DNA from: Octopus bimaculoides
Taxonomy: Eukaryota
Length of the DNA: 64,000 nt
NCBI RefSeq assembly: GCF_001194135.2
Contig: NC_068982.1
Location: 61,012,838-61,076,837 of the forward strand
Reading direction: 5' to 3'
The notes under the pieces are model-generated. The model made no database searches and was not told the DNA's origin. It worked only from the letters and a program-made list of their open reading frames with translations. Shown here piece after piece: positions 37,234-49,719 of the stretch. The position numbers and the translations under genes were made by a program. How positions within the stretch are numbered: the stretch's first letter is position 1; every line of letters begins with the position of its first letter.

Positions 37234-38550
37234 TGTAGAAAAATATGCATATACATTAGATATATGTTTAATTAACTGTACTTCCTGGTGGGTTGAAAAA
37301 CAAAGAATAACTGGAAAGTAGCTGAAGTGGGAGAGGAGGAGATGATAAAACAGATCAGAAAGTATAGTGGTCAACAGAAACAATCAATGCAGCAGGTTAT
37401 TGAAGCAGACAGCATGCCAGTAGCTATTAAGCTACATTATTTGTTCTTGCCCCTCCCACTTAACTGCCTTCTCCTCTCAGATCAGGTTTACATTAAGCTG
37501 AGCTAGTCAATGAAACAGGTCATGTCACAAAACTGCCTTGCCATATGCATGCCAATAATAAGTAACAGAAATTAAAACCTACGATATTTTTAATTTCTGA
37601 TCAACAATGGTAACAATGATGGTGAAAAAGGAAAATTAAACAAGACCTTATTGATCCAATATTCCTGACAAATTTTCAATCCACCATATTAAGGTCTATT
37701 TTTCTCTCTTCTGGGAATTGCTTTTCTCTGGAATTCACTTCCTGCTCTTTAATGCCTTCAATTGATATTTCAAATGATTGGGCCAACAAGTTAGATGCTA
37801 CACAAGTCATTGAAATTGCTGTTTAGAAATTCAAATCTTTTGTCAAACAATTTTTTTTAATACTGGCAATCATATATCTAGTCTTATTCAGCACATTTGA
37901 GATGTCTATAAAAAGAGAGAAAATATTGCACACAAGCATTCTTGAAGTAATAATTTAGAACTACAACCACCTAATTCTCACCATTTTTGTCCACTTTTAT
38001 TCATAACCCATATTATCAGGAAAGATCACATGTCTTTTCATTACCAGCATTTAGTCTTCCTGATTGAACTTATAATACACGTATTAAACAGTAATTTTTC
38101 CTTATGAAGTGAAATCCATTTGTAACTAAAACTTAAAGAAGAATTCTTCACATTTTCTCAACTATCATTATAAACTCTTGACTCTGTTTCCTCTGCTCTT
38201 TTCATCTACACTGCTAATTTTCAAAACTTGGTCATAAACATAATCTTCAACATTAAGTGATAACATCTAAAACCAGATTCAATAAAGCCTTAATCAAACA
38301 GATTTCAGAACAGCTTTTATGAGAGCCATGAATTCACTATCCTACCAACTTGACTACTGTCCTTTCCTAATTGTAGGTAGTAATTAGATGGGTGATGTAT
38401 TATCAAAATATAGAACAGATTAGAAACAAATAGGTTACTAGGTGGAGTGCATTGATCTAGGATTGAAATCTTATACATAAAGAATAAGTGGAATTACCAA
38501 AGATGGAAATTGTTGTCTCTTAAGTATGTCTCATATCATTGCACACCACT

Positions 38551-38694
38551 ATTGGGGCAGAGATTGATGTCTGCAAGTGTGAGCCCCATGAGTCAGAGGG
38601 GATGTTTCAGCACATCTCCCTCGCTATCCTTTGGGGCAACACCTTTTCCACTTTGTCTGCTGGTGCCATGAGAAATGTCATTCAATGGCTTTAA
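38551..38694 (+). mobile_element. CRE-clade (restriction-like endonuclease) non-LTR retrotransposon 3' fragment
   Basis: IGAEIDVCKCEPHESEGMFQHISLAILWGNTFSTLSAG resembles the CRE C-terminal motif GEPRExxxLFQRISLAIxRGNAxSIL; followed by stop and an A-rich tail. Confidence 0.6.
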
Positions 38695-40423
38695 TAAATA
38701 AAAACTTGTAATAGGTTTCTCTATTGAACAGTAAATTAATAGGAGTGTTACATTTATTACTTTATAAGCATTTTTCTAATTGGTCTTTATTTCTAATATA
38801 TTGACTTAGTCTACTATTGTATTCAATGGCTAGAATCAAACTAATAAGGAAGCCTATACATGATTACCTGATCTGCAAGAAATTACAGCTAAATTCCCCA
38901 CAAATCACAGCCTACTGTGTTAAAAAAAATTAAGATACATGGATTACATAATTCTAGATATACTGAAAAAAGGTGGAATGGTCATAGCTTGAACAGATCT
39001 GATCATAGGCCTATTGGATTATGAGAAAAATAACTTTAAAATTCAGCATATTTCTTGAGAGTAAATTTATGACTTTAATATGGCAATCAATTATTTTAGA
39101 TATGAAATATTGGTTCAGTGTTCAACCAATAAGAAAAATATACTGCCATAATTAATTCATCTTGAAAACCAAAATACTTTTTGATTTTAAATTTCAATCT
39201 ACTCTCTGCACAACTGAACAGTGAAAGATAAACCAAGAGAAAAGTGGTGAATGGAATATTTCACAATAATGTAACTAAAAGATGCAAAGAAAATACCAAC
39301 AGTCCCAGCAGTCACCAACAAACAATATATGTAAACATCATCTGAACTAGCTGAGCCATGTTCGGAGACTGCCTCCAACTAGTTAGCCAAGTCCTTTACT
39401 AGATCTAGACAGTGTGTCCCAAAACTAATTAGTATCAGATATTAGAAAACAACTTCTAGTTGTTGTTGTTGCTACTGGTGGCAGTGGTGGTGGTGGCAGT
39501 GGTAAATAGACTACATCAGAACCATTAATGATGGAGTGCATTGATTATCTTTACATCATATGGAGCAAAAGGATCTAATCTAGTCTGGCACTCGTTATGC
39601 ACTCTATCTCACGAAAGTTGTGGCACCCAAGTCTGTCATATTGAAAAGTATTTTATTAAAAAATTTATCAGTTTCTTGTCAATCTGTGTTAATAAATAAA
39701 ATTTTACACACCTAACATATATATCACAGTTCAAATTTTCTTCTCCGTAATCTATTTTAACATATATTTGCTTCAGTTCCAATCAATATCTGTAAAGTAT
39801 GTTTACATTTATTAAATTTAATATCAATAACTGGATGCAGAGCTTTTATGAATGAATATCCCTCGATTCATCCTAACTCAAAGGTCCATATATTTCTTCT
39901 AAAAGCATGTATACAAAGTCATATGCATAACCTTCTGCTCAGCCTTATAAAATACATTTTTAATATCATTCTGGAATTTTCTTTAGAAATTGGAATTTTT
40001 TTTTTACAACTTGCTTTCTTTCCCACTGAGTGACATATTTGGTCAATCAACTTATTTTGTGAATCGCTACATTAAAGATTAATACAATGATATGTACTAG
40101 TAGTATTAATTTTAATATGCAACACACACACACGTGTACCTACGCATGTGTGTGTGTATATATATATATATACTGTAAATAAGATACTCTTTCAAGGAGT
40201 AGCAGTGAGACAGAGACATACTACCAGACAAGATTTCCTGCTGGCAGCAACAAAGGTATCAAAATGGCAATAAGGTTATCAGAGAGGAGAAAAACATGGG
40301 CTGTGATGTAATAAGAGAAAAACCTATTGGGATCAAACTAAGAAAGTTTAATAACAACACAATAATATTATAGGGCACACTCACACACAAGCCTTTCCCT
40401 TGAGCCCAGGTCTGCACACAACC

Positions 40424-40458
<35 letters not shown>

Positions 40459-40520
40459 AATGCTTTATTTATAAACTCAGAAGAGATGTAAAGTTGAGCC
40501 CCCAGTATATGTATGTATAT

Positions 40521-41100
40521 ATCATCATCATCATCATATCATTATCATTTAAAGTCTAATTTTCATGCTGCCATGGGTTGGCTGGTGTGGCAGGAATCAA
40601 TGATCTAGAGGGTAGCACCAAGCTCCAATGTCTGTTTTGACATGGTTTTCACAGTTGGATGCCCTTCCTAATGCCAACTACTTTACAGAATGTACTAGGT
40701 CCTGTTTACATAGTACCAGCACTAGTGAGGTCACCAATTAACTTGCAAAACAAAACCCCCTCAGCTGAGGGTTGTAGCATTGATGGATGCTGATTTATTC
40801 TAGATATAGAGAGGTTAAAGTATGACAGAAGGACAGAAGCAGGTGTCTTGCAGTACAGGAGAAACATGGCTACCCCAGATGGGGAAGAAGAGATGGTGAA
40901 AAGGTGTCAGGACATACCCTCAAGTTACAGGAAGGTGATCATAAGAGCATGGTCCAGAGGGTTTGACAGGGTGAATGTGTATGTAAGTCTGTGAGAGCGT
41001 GAAAGGCGAGTGGCAGATGGATAGGGATGGGAACAGAGGTGAATGGTGAATACAAGTGGAAGTGTGGTCAATAGGAAATATTAGTTTGTGTGGTCAATAG
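40521..41100 (-). mobile_element. Element ending in the RTE-derived tail, minus strand
   Basis: (cat)n...catgctgccatgggttgg...ggatgcccttcctaatgccaac plus a GC-richer extension; 26-bp tandem duplication at 41062-41113. Confidence 0.6.
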
Positions 41101-42579
41101 GAAATATTAGTTTGGAGGAAGGAAAATGGAGGGAATAGGAGTGGGTCATACACACACACACACTCATACACACACACACACACACTCATACACACACACA
41201 CACTCATACACACACACACACACACTCATACACACACACATACATATGACATTGTGAGANNNNNNNNNNNNNNNNNNNNNATGGAGGGAATAGGAGTGGG
41301 TCATACACACACACACACTCATACACACACACACACACACTCATACACACACACACACTCATACACACACACACACACACACACTCATACACACACACAT
41401 ACATATGACATTGTGAGATATGGTTCTATTAAATGCAGACAGCTCTAAGTTCCATGTTTTCTGAAGTCTGCTGGAGTGTTCTATTGTCACTTTGGTTTTA
41501 CTCAGAGCACCAATATGTAACATTTTCATCAATTCCAAAATACTTATAGTATTCCCATCATTCTTCACTAGAGATAGGGAAGATAGACATCTCATTGATT
41601 TGTATGTTCTCTGTCCAGTTGACTATTTTTCTTCTCTTGACTATCATTTATCTTTCATCTGCTTCTGTCATTAGACTGTGGCCAAGTTCGGGCACTGCTT
41701 TGAAGAACTTTTAGCTGGATGATTTGACCCTTGTACTTATTTCTTTTTAAGCCTGATACTTATTCTATCAGTTCCTTTTTGCCAAACCATTAAGTTATGG
41801 GGAAGTAAAAACACCAACACCAATTGTCAAGCAGTGGTGAGGGACAATACAAACACAAAGACACAAATACATAGATATGTATACAATGGGTTTCTTTCAG
41901 TTTCTTTCTACCAAATCCATTTACAAGGCTCTGGCCGACTCAAGGCTGTTGTAGAAGACACTTACCCAAGGTGTCATGTAATGGGACTGAACCCAGAATC
42001 ATGTGATTAGAAGCAAGTTTCTTACCATACAGCTGAGCATTTATCTTACCCAAACCCCCATTCCTATGTCTCTGTGAGAATGTTGTGACAAAATCTAAAT
42101 GGTCTCTTGACTTTGTTCATGTTACCAAGATATAACATTGGGTCATCAACAAAAACTGTGTGGGTGATATTAGTTTTATTCTTATTTGCATATCCCAACA
42201 TCTAGCCTTGGCATTTCATCAACAAGGCTGACAAAGGGTTCACTGCCAGCACAAACAACATTACAGATAAACTGTCACCCTGGAATAAATATCTCTATTG
42301 ATAACCTAATTCTGTTTGTGACTATAAGACTTATAGGTACACACATATGTAAGTATCAGTGTTGTGTCTCTTGAAGCAATGTCATCATTTCTCAACAAAC
42401 ATCTTGCAAATGTACACACTAATTCAAAACTTATTCTGGGTTAATGCATAAAGAAAAAAATCCCCTGAAGAAAAACAAGGAAGATTCAAGAAAGAAGATG
42501 GTGAAGTAATGATAATTGTAATGGAGTGGTAAGCTCTCCCCACATCTTTGTTTCACATTAGTTCCTTTGCTTTCCCCAT

Positions 42580-42631
<52 letters not shown>

Positions 42632-43584
42632 TTTCTCACTCAACTTTCTGAGATGATAATGTAATTGGAGTAGTGTAGTTATTAAAATTCCTCATTTAAA
42701 AATCATGTCTTGAAATGTTAGTACACAGTTTCAAATACCATGAAAGGTAAGACAAAAAGTATTTTTTAATTGTTTCACATTGAAATTTGTTCNNNNNNNN
42801 NNNNNNNNNNNNNNNNNNNNNNNNNNNNNNNNNNNNNNNNNNNNNNNNNNNNNNNNNNNNNNNNNNNNNNNNNNNNNNNNNNNNNNNNNNNNNNNNNNNN
42901 NNNNNNNNNNNNNNNNNNNNNNNNNNNNNNNNNNNNNNNNNNNNNNNNNNNNNNNNNNNNNNNNNNNNNNNNNNNNNNNNNNNNNNNNNNNNNNNNNNNN
43001 NNNNNNNNNNNNNNNNNNNNNNNNNNNNNNNNNNNNNNNNNNNNNNNNNNNNNNNNNNNNNNNNNNNNNNNNNNNNNNNNNNNNNNNNNNNNNNNNNNNN
43101 NNNNNNNNNNNNNNNNNNNNNNNNNNNNNNNNNNNNNNNNNNNNNNNNNNNNNNNNNNNNNNNNNNNNNNNNNNNNNNNNNNNNNNNNNNNNNNNNNNNN
43201 NNNNNNNNNNNNNNNNNNNNNNNNNNNNNNNNNNNNNNNNNNNNNNNNNNNNNNNNNNNNNNNNNNNNNNNNNNNNNNNNNNNNNNNNNNNNNNNNNNNN
43301 NNNNNNNNNNNNNNNNNNNNNNNNNNNNNNNNNNNNNNNNNNNNNNNNNNNNNNNNNNNNNNNNNNNNNNNNNNNNNNNNNNNNNNNNNNNNNNNNNNNN
43401 NNNNNNNNNNNNNNNNNNNNNNNNNNNNNNNNNNNNNNNNNNNNNNNNNNNNNNNNNNNNNNNNNNNNNNNNNNNNNNNNNNNNNNNNNNNNNNNNNNNN
43501 NNNNNNNNNNNNNNNNNNNNNNNNNNNNNNNNNNNNNNNNNNNNNNNNNNNNNNNNNNNNNNTATATATATATATATATATATA

Positions 43585-43812
43585 TTGGATTGTCCGGAAA
43601 GTTTGTGCCGATTTATAGTAGCTTACCTTTTGACTTATTTGCCATGAAACCACCTCAATTTTGGGAAGAGGGTATTTTCAAGTTAAAGGAAAGATGGAGA
43701 TGCATTGTGCAACAAAATGGTTCATATTCGGTTGATTAAGAATGTAATGGCAAGTATTTAATGACCTTTTTCTTTCCTTTAAAAATCGGCACGAACTTTT
43801 CAGACAACCCAA
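43585..43812 (+). mobile_element. Miniature mariner derivative (228 bp)
   Basis: 30-bp TIRs (26/30 match) ttggattgtccggaaagtttgtgccgattt / aaatcggcacgaacttttcagacaacccaa, TA-flanked; internal DLFAMKPPQFWEEGIFKLKERWRCIVQQNGSY = mariner transposase C-terminus. Confidence 0.9.
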
Positions 43813-43928
43813 TATATATATAACATATATAATACATATATGTAACTATACACACAGACACACATATAATTGAATACTTTACTTCAAATGTGTTAGGTTC
43901 CCCCAGCCCCCACCATCCAAACAGCACT

Positions 43929-43966
<38 letters not shown>

Positions 43967-44057
43967 AAAATAAGCTGACTTAGAAATAAACAATTATGAA
44001 CTTCATTAGCTTACAGCTGTTTCAGCTACAAAATGCAGTGGACTCATAATTGAGTAC

Positions 44058-44308
44058 GAGCGAGATCGTTGCCAGTGCCCCTGGACTGGCTCTTGTGCAG
44101 GGCCGTCGTAGGATTTTCGAGCGAGATCGTTGCCAGTGCCCCTGGGCTGGCTCTTGTGCAGGTGACACATGAAATTTTTCGAGCGAGATCGTTGCCAGTG
44201 CCCCTGGACTGGCTCTTGTGCGGGTGACACATAAAATGCACCATTTTGAGCGTGACCGTTGCCAGTGCCGCCTGGCTAGCCTTCGTGGGATTTTCAAGCG
44301 AAATCGTT
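44058..44308 (+). repeat. ~60-bp minisatellite derived from the RTE 3' UTR
   Basis: Units gagcgagatcgttgccagtgcccctggactggctcttgtgc... start at 44058, 44119, 44181, 44248 and 44296; the array runs into a ~660-N gap. The same unit occurs at ~3893-3961. Confidence 0.85.
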
Positions 44309-46739
44309 NNNNNNNNNNNNNNNNNNNNNNNNNNNNNNNNNNNNNNNNNNNNNNNNNNNNNNNNNNNNNNNNNNNNNNNNNNNNNNNNNNNNNNNNNNNN
44401 NNNNNNNNNNNNNNNNNNNNNNNNNNNNNNNNNNNNNNNNNNNNNNNNNNNNNNNNNNNNNNNNNNNNNNNNNNNNNNNNNNNNNNNNNNNNNNNNNNNN
44501 NNNNNNNNNNNNNNNNNNNNNNNNNNNNNNNNNNNNNNNNNNNNNNNNNNNNNNNNNNNNNNNNNNNNNNNNNNNNNNNNNNNNNNNNNNNNNNNNNNNN
44601 NNNNNNNNNNNNNNNNNNNNNNNNNNNNNNNNNNNNNNNNNNNNNNNNNNNNNNNNNNNNNNNNNNNNNNNNNNNNNNNNNNNNNNNNNNNNNNNNNNNN
44701 NNNNNNNNNNNNNNNNNNNNNNNNNNNNNNNNNNNNNNNNNNNNNNNNNNNNNNNNNNNNNNNNNNNNNNNNNNNNNNNNNNNNNNNNNNNNNNNNNNNN
44801 NNNNNNNNNNNNNNNNNNNNNNNNNNNNNNNNNNNNNNNNNNNNNNNNNNNNNNNNNNNNNNNNNNNNNNNNNNNNNNNNNNNNNNNNNNNNNNNNNNNN
44901 NNNNNNNNNNNNNNNNNNNNNNNNNNNNNNNNNNNNNNNNNNNNNNNNNNNNNNNNNNNNNNNNNNNNAGTCATCATGAATATTAAGCATAATTTTATTT
45001 TGAGAAGGAAACACCAAAACATTTTTCTGAGTGCAACACACTATAAAAAGCCACCTTTTGGAGTGAATGTGGTCAGATATTTTAGAATAGTTCAAAGCCA
45101 AATGCTGCATGAAATTTAATGGTTGCGGTATGGAATCCAAATTGTCGATTAGCTATTGATTACAATTACGTTGATGTAGAACCGAACGGCTTTTAAGAAT
45201 TTCTTTGTCAAAGGTATAGCAGAAGACCTACATTAAGTACTCAATGCAAAGATTAAAAACAATTTGTTGTTCAGTCAGACCAAGACCAAACCATGCACAT
45301 GCACGCACACACACACACACACACACACAATGTGAACACTCACATACACACATAATCAGCACTAAACCAAATGTAAAATTATTATCTGAGAGACTAAGTC
45401 AACTATTATTAGTGGTGTATTATTCAAAATTGTGAAAAATTCTACCAATTAGTTGCTTCTGACTTTTGGTTACTGCTTAAATAGTGATATTAAGTGGTAG
45501 TGATGTATGGTAGTAGCTACATTGTTTAATGCTAACACTAAATCTAAAATCATCGGTTAAGTAATAGGTTTACAGGCTCTCGTGTTTCAATCAATCAATA
45601 AATATTCCCTTTCAGGTCAATGCTTTGAGTGGTTAATAATTATTTGCCATTCAGAGAGCAGAAAGGACAAGTTCATTACTAAATAGTCATGAAGTTAATA
45701 TAAACTGTAACAAATGTAACGATAAAGCTTGGCAGCTTTCCTGCTTTTTGTTATTTCACAATTTGATGTGGATTATAGTCACTTACACATGATATATGAT
45801 ATTGGAAAGCAAAAAATGGACAATCAATAATATTTATTGATTACATTTTGTAGATGATCTCTAGTGGACGAAAGTTAGTTATACTTTTAATTATGATAAA
45901 TTTTAAATATTGTTTAAATTAGTTTAATTATATTAATATATTAAACTACATTAAGACAGACATGAAATGCTAGAAAGTCAAATTTAGACTTTTGAAGACA
46001 AATAGTGCATTTATAAGGTTAAGAACCAATGTCTGAGAATATTGAGGCAGGAGTCTGACTACAAAACTCCTACCAGATCTATCAACTTGTAGCAAGGCTC
46101 CTGCTGAGATTTTGAACCATTGCACTCAGATTCCCAACACAGGACCACAACCTACCATACTGCCATAAAAAAGCATGTCCAATTATGAAGAAATTGTATT
46201 ACCATAAACAGCATTAATACCTACACAAACATGGCTCAACCAACTAAATCAGCTGATGTGTGACCATGTGAGCTGAAATCTTCCCAACAAATAGTCTGAG
46301 TCAAACTTTCAAGAGAAACTCCATCAGATTATTAAAAAAACCCGTGAATTGAACTCCAAGCAGAGCCACCCAGAAATCCACATGGAGGCATGTCACTCTG
46401 CTCCTTAAAATAGTTTCTCCCCTTCTAAGTTTCCTTACAGAACAGCCTATGGTGCTACACAGGACTTTGTCACTCAATACTATGATAGGTGTTCTCATTT
46501 TTTTCTTTTTGTTTGGCCTATAAGGGCCTGAGATGCTACTCAACTTTATACCAGTCAGCTTGTTGATAAAACATTCTTATTTTTTCAATTTAATTTGTTT
46601 TCAGTAATTACAAATTGTCTTTCTATTACTATTTAGCATACTATGCAATGAAAATTTGAATTTATTCTATTTGAAATCTCTTGAATGCTGTTCTATTTAT
46701 TCAATTGTTGTAAATATTTAAATGCAAATGTTCCAGATT

Positions 46740-47054
46740 GTGGAGGCGCAATGGCCCAGTGGTTGGGGCAGCGGACTCGTGGTCGGAGGATCGCGGTTTC
46801 GATTCCCAGACCGGGCGTTGTGTGTGTTTATTGAGTGAAAACACCTAATGCTCCACGAGGCTCCAGCAGGGGGTGGTGACGACCCCTGTTGTACCTTTTC
46901 ATCCCAACTTTCTCTCGCTCTTTCTTCCTATTTCTTGAGTAATGCTGCGATGGACTGGCGTCCCGTCCAGCTGGAGTGGGGAACGCATATGCCATAGAAA
47001 CCGGGCCCATGAGCCTGGCTAGGCTTTAAAAGGGCAAAAGAGAAAGAGAAAGAG
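46740..47054 (+). mobile_element. Young full-length tRNA-derived SINE with 14-bp TSD
   Basis: Same head/body as the 14191 SINE but a different tail ending in (aaagag)n. TSD AAATGTTCCAGATT at 46726-46739 and 47055-47068. Confidence 0.9.
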
Positions 47055-47173
47055 AAATGTTCCAGATTAATAAAAAATATGTAAACTTATAAGTATAATT
47101 ATTAGCATGATCCTTATAAATGCAATACACAACCCACCAAATGTTGTTACCCATCAATAATTATTTGGCAAAC

Positions 47174-47599
47174 GAATGCAGTGAGCTGGAAGAATCATTA
47201 CAGTTCTGGGCAAAATGCTATGTGGAATTTTGTCTGTCTTTATGCTCTGAGTTCAAATTCTGCCATGGTCAATAAAATAAGTACCAGTGAAACACTGGGG
47301 TCAATGTAATCAACTTATCCCCACTACCCTGAAATTGCTGACCTTGTGCCAAAATTTGAAAGGAATAAGTATTTAGCAAACTAAGGCAGCGAGCTAGCAG
47401 AATCACTACTGCTCTGGATAAAATGGTTAGTGGCATTGTGTCAGTCTTTATGTTCCGAGTTCAAATTCTGTTGTGGTCGACTTTACTTTTCATCCTTTCA
47501 AGGTCAATAAAATAAGAATTAGTTGTGTGCTGAGGTCAATGTAATTGATTTAGCCACCACAACCCCAAAATTGCTGGCCTTGTGCCAAAATTTGAAATC
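47174..47599 (+). mobile_element. Head-to-tail pair of gctggcagaatc-type SINEs
   Basis: Two copies separated and flanked by an 18-bp motif (47156, 47364, 47600). Confidence 0.8.
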
Positions 47600-49503
47600 A
47601 ATAATTATTTACCAAACTCAGTAACCATACTAAAACCACTTTATATTTACAGTGCTATTGTATGATGTAGTAGAGTCTTGGGATGTTTGCTATGGGCACA
47701 CAAGGGTAACTGCTTCCATATCACCTCAGGGCCAAGTAGATAGGCAAGATCCCTGATAAAGCAGTCCTCATCCACTTTGTCCTATTTAGCATTCACACTA
47801 CTACAGTCTATTAATTTAAAAGAAATATCGGTAGATTGAGAGAACTTCATGTATACCTCACTGATCTTGAAAGCAAATAAGAGGAAAAATACTAATCAGT
47901 TAATCTTCAATATCCACAAAGGACTGAATGATGATGATGATGACGATGGTGATGTGCTTCTTGTTGTTGTTACTGTTGTTGTTGTTGTTGTTGCATTAAA
48001 GGGTGATGGATTGGCAGAATCTTCAATGTGTCAGACAAAAATGTCTTGCAGTATTATTTATTTCAGTTCATTGCATTCGGAGTTCATATGTTGTCAAGGT
48101 CAAATTTGCCATTCATACTCTTTGGAGTTACAAAAATTGTCAGCTCTCCATTGGAAGCAATGATGGAAATGCTCAATAACAGAATCAGGTGTTTATCTTG
48201 TGGACAGCACATTGGATGTAGAAGACATAGATGAATGGGTTGACATATCATTCATCATCATCATCATCATCATTGTCGTCATCCTTTAACATTCACTCTT
48301 CCTTACTTGCATGGATCAAATGAAACTTGCTGATGCTCACTTACAGCTATCATGTGATGCCTATACAATGGTGCACAAACACATGCATACACACACACAT
48401 GCACACACACACATGCACACACACACATATGTGCATGCATGTGCATGCATGCACATACACACACACACACTCACACACACAACTGGGTTTTTTCAGTTTC
48501 AGTCAACCAAATCCACTCACAAAGCTCTGATCAGTCCAGAGCTATAGTAGAAGACATTTGCCAATGGACCATGCAGTGGGACTGAACTTGAGACCACATG
48601 ACTGAGAAGCAAGTTTCTTAACCACACAGCTACACCTGCACCTAGAAAATAATGAAATAATAGTGTTGTTTATTTTTCTTTTTTCACATAGATTTTAGAT
48701 TGGATGAATGGAAACTGAGTAGATACAGTGAACATGAGCAGAAATAGTCTAAGAGGACTTTTGGTACATGGAGGCATGTGGCTTAGTGGTTAAAGTGTTG
48801 GACTCATGATTGTAAGATCGTGGTTTCGATTCTTGGATTGGGCGATACATTGTGTTCTTGTGCAAAACACTTCATCTCGCTCAGCTGGAAAAAATGATCC
48901 ATCGATTGACCGGCATCCCATCCAGGTGGGGAATTTATACGCCATGGAAACCAAGAAACCAGTTCTTTTGAGTTGGCATGACTTAAGAAGGAAACTATGA
49001 TGGAGGCACATAGCTTAGTGGTTAGGGTGTTAGACTTGTAATTGTAAGATTTTGGTTTCAATTCCTGGACCAGGCAACATGATATGTTCTTGAGCAAAAC
49101 ACTTATTTCATATTGCTCCAGTCCACTCAGCTGACAAAATGAGTATTTCCGTCCAGGTGGGAAATTCATATGCCATGGAAACCAGTCCTTATGAGTTAGC
49201 ATGATGCAAGAAGGTAACTTTTTACTTTGGTACCTATGAGATAATGCTAGTTGTTCTGTGCAAAAGCCTTTTGGTTTTGTTTTTATTTCACATAAAAACT
49301 AAAAAGTACTACAGAAACTAATTATAGCAAATTAAAAAAAACATAATTACAACATTAAAAAAAACAGGTAAAACTATCTTTAAAATTTTTCAATATAACT
49401 TAGATATTTTCTAAAGACTAAATACATTAGTTCTTGCTCCTTTGAATTACCAAACTGTGTACCATCCGTATCAAACCACTCAATTCTTTTACCACCCAAT
49501 TTT

Positions 49504-49719
49504 TTGCTGTCACAGAGGTGTGCTTTTAATGGAAATGGAGGAAAACATTTCATTAATAAGGCCGAATCTGGGATTTTATGGTCAGAAAGAAGAACACCTG
49601 TATTTTATGGTCTCCCCAAAATACACAAAAAGTTCAAAAGATTTCCTCCAATGGGCACAATTTGCAGTGGATATGAATGTTGTATAGCCAAACTTTTGGA
49701 ATGGCTGGATGGCTTTCTA
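49504..49719 (+). pseudogene. PLE RT N-terminal fragment (second lineage)
   Basis: RTPVFYGLPKIHKKFKRFPPMGTICSGYECCIAKLLEWLDGFL matches the PLE motif FYxLPKIHK...PxRPIxS...xxxSExLDxFL; cut by a SINE at 49720. Confidence 0.75.

Noticed and set aside
41127-41420. Duplicated atggagggaataggagtggg...(CA/CT/TA) block
   Set aside because: The copies flank an N gap; scaffolding artefact around a microsatellite.
44058-44308. Regularly spaced repeats reminiscent of a CRISPR array
   Set aside because: The inter-repeat segments are related to each other and to a LINE UTR; eukaryotic context; no cas genes.
42770-45140. Long ORFs of 240-370 aa
   Set aside because: Composed almost entirely of X from N gaps.
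46741-46815. tRNA-like sequence (also at 14500-14574 and other SINE heads)
   Set aside because: Continues into SINE body and tail with TSDs; not a stand-alone tRNA gene.
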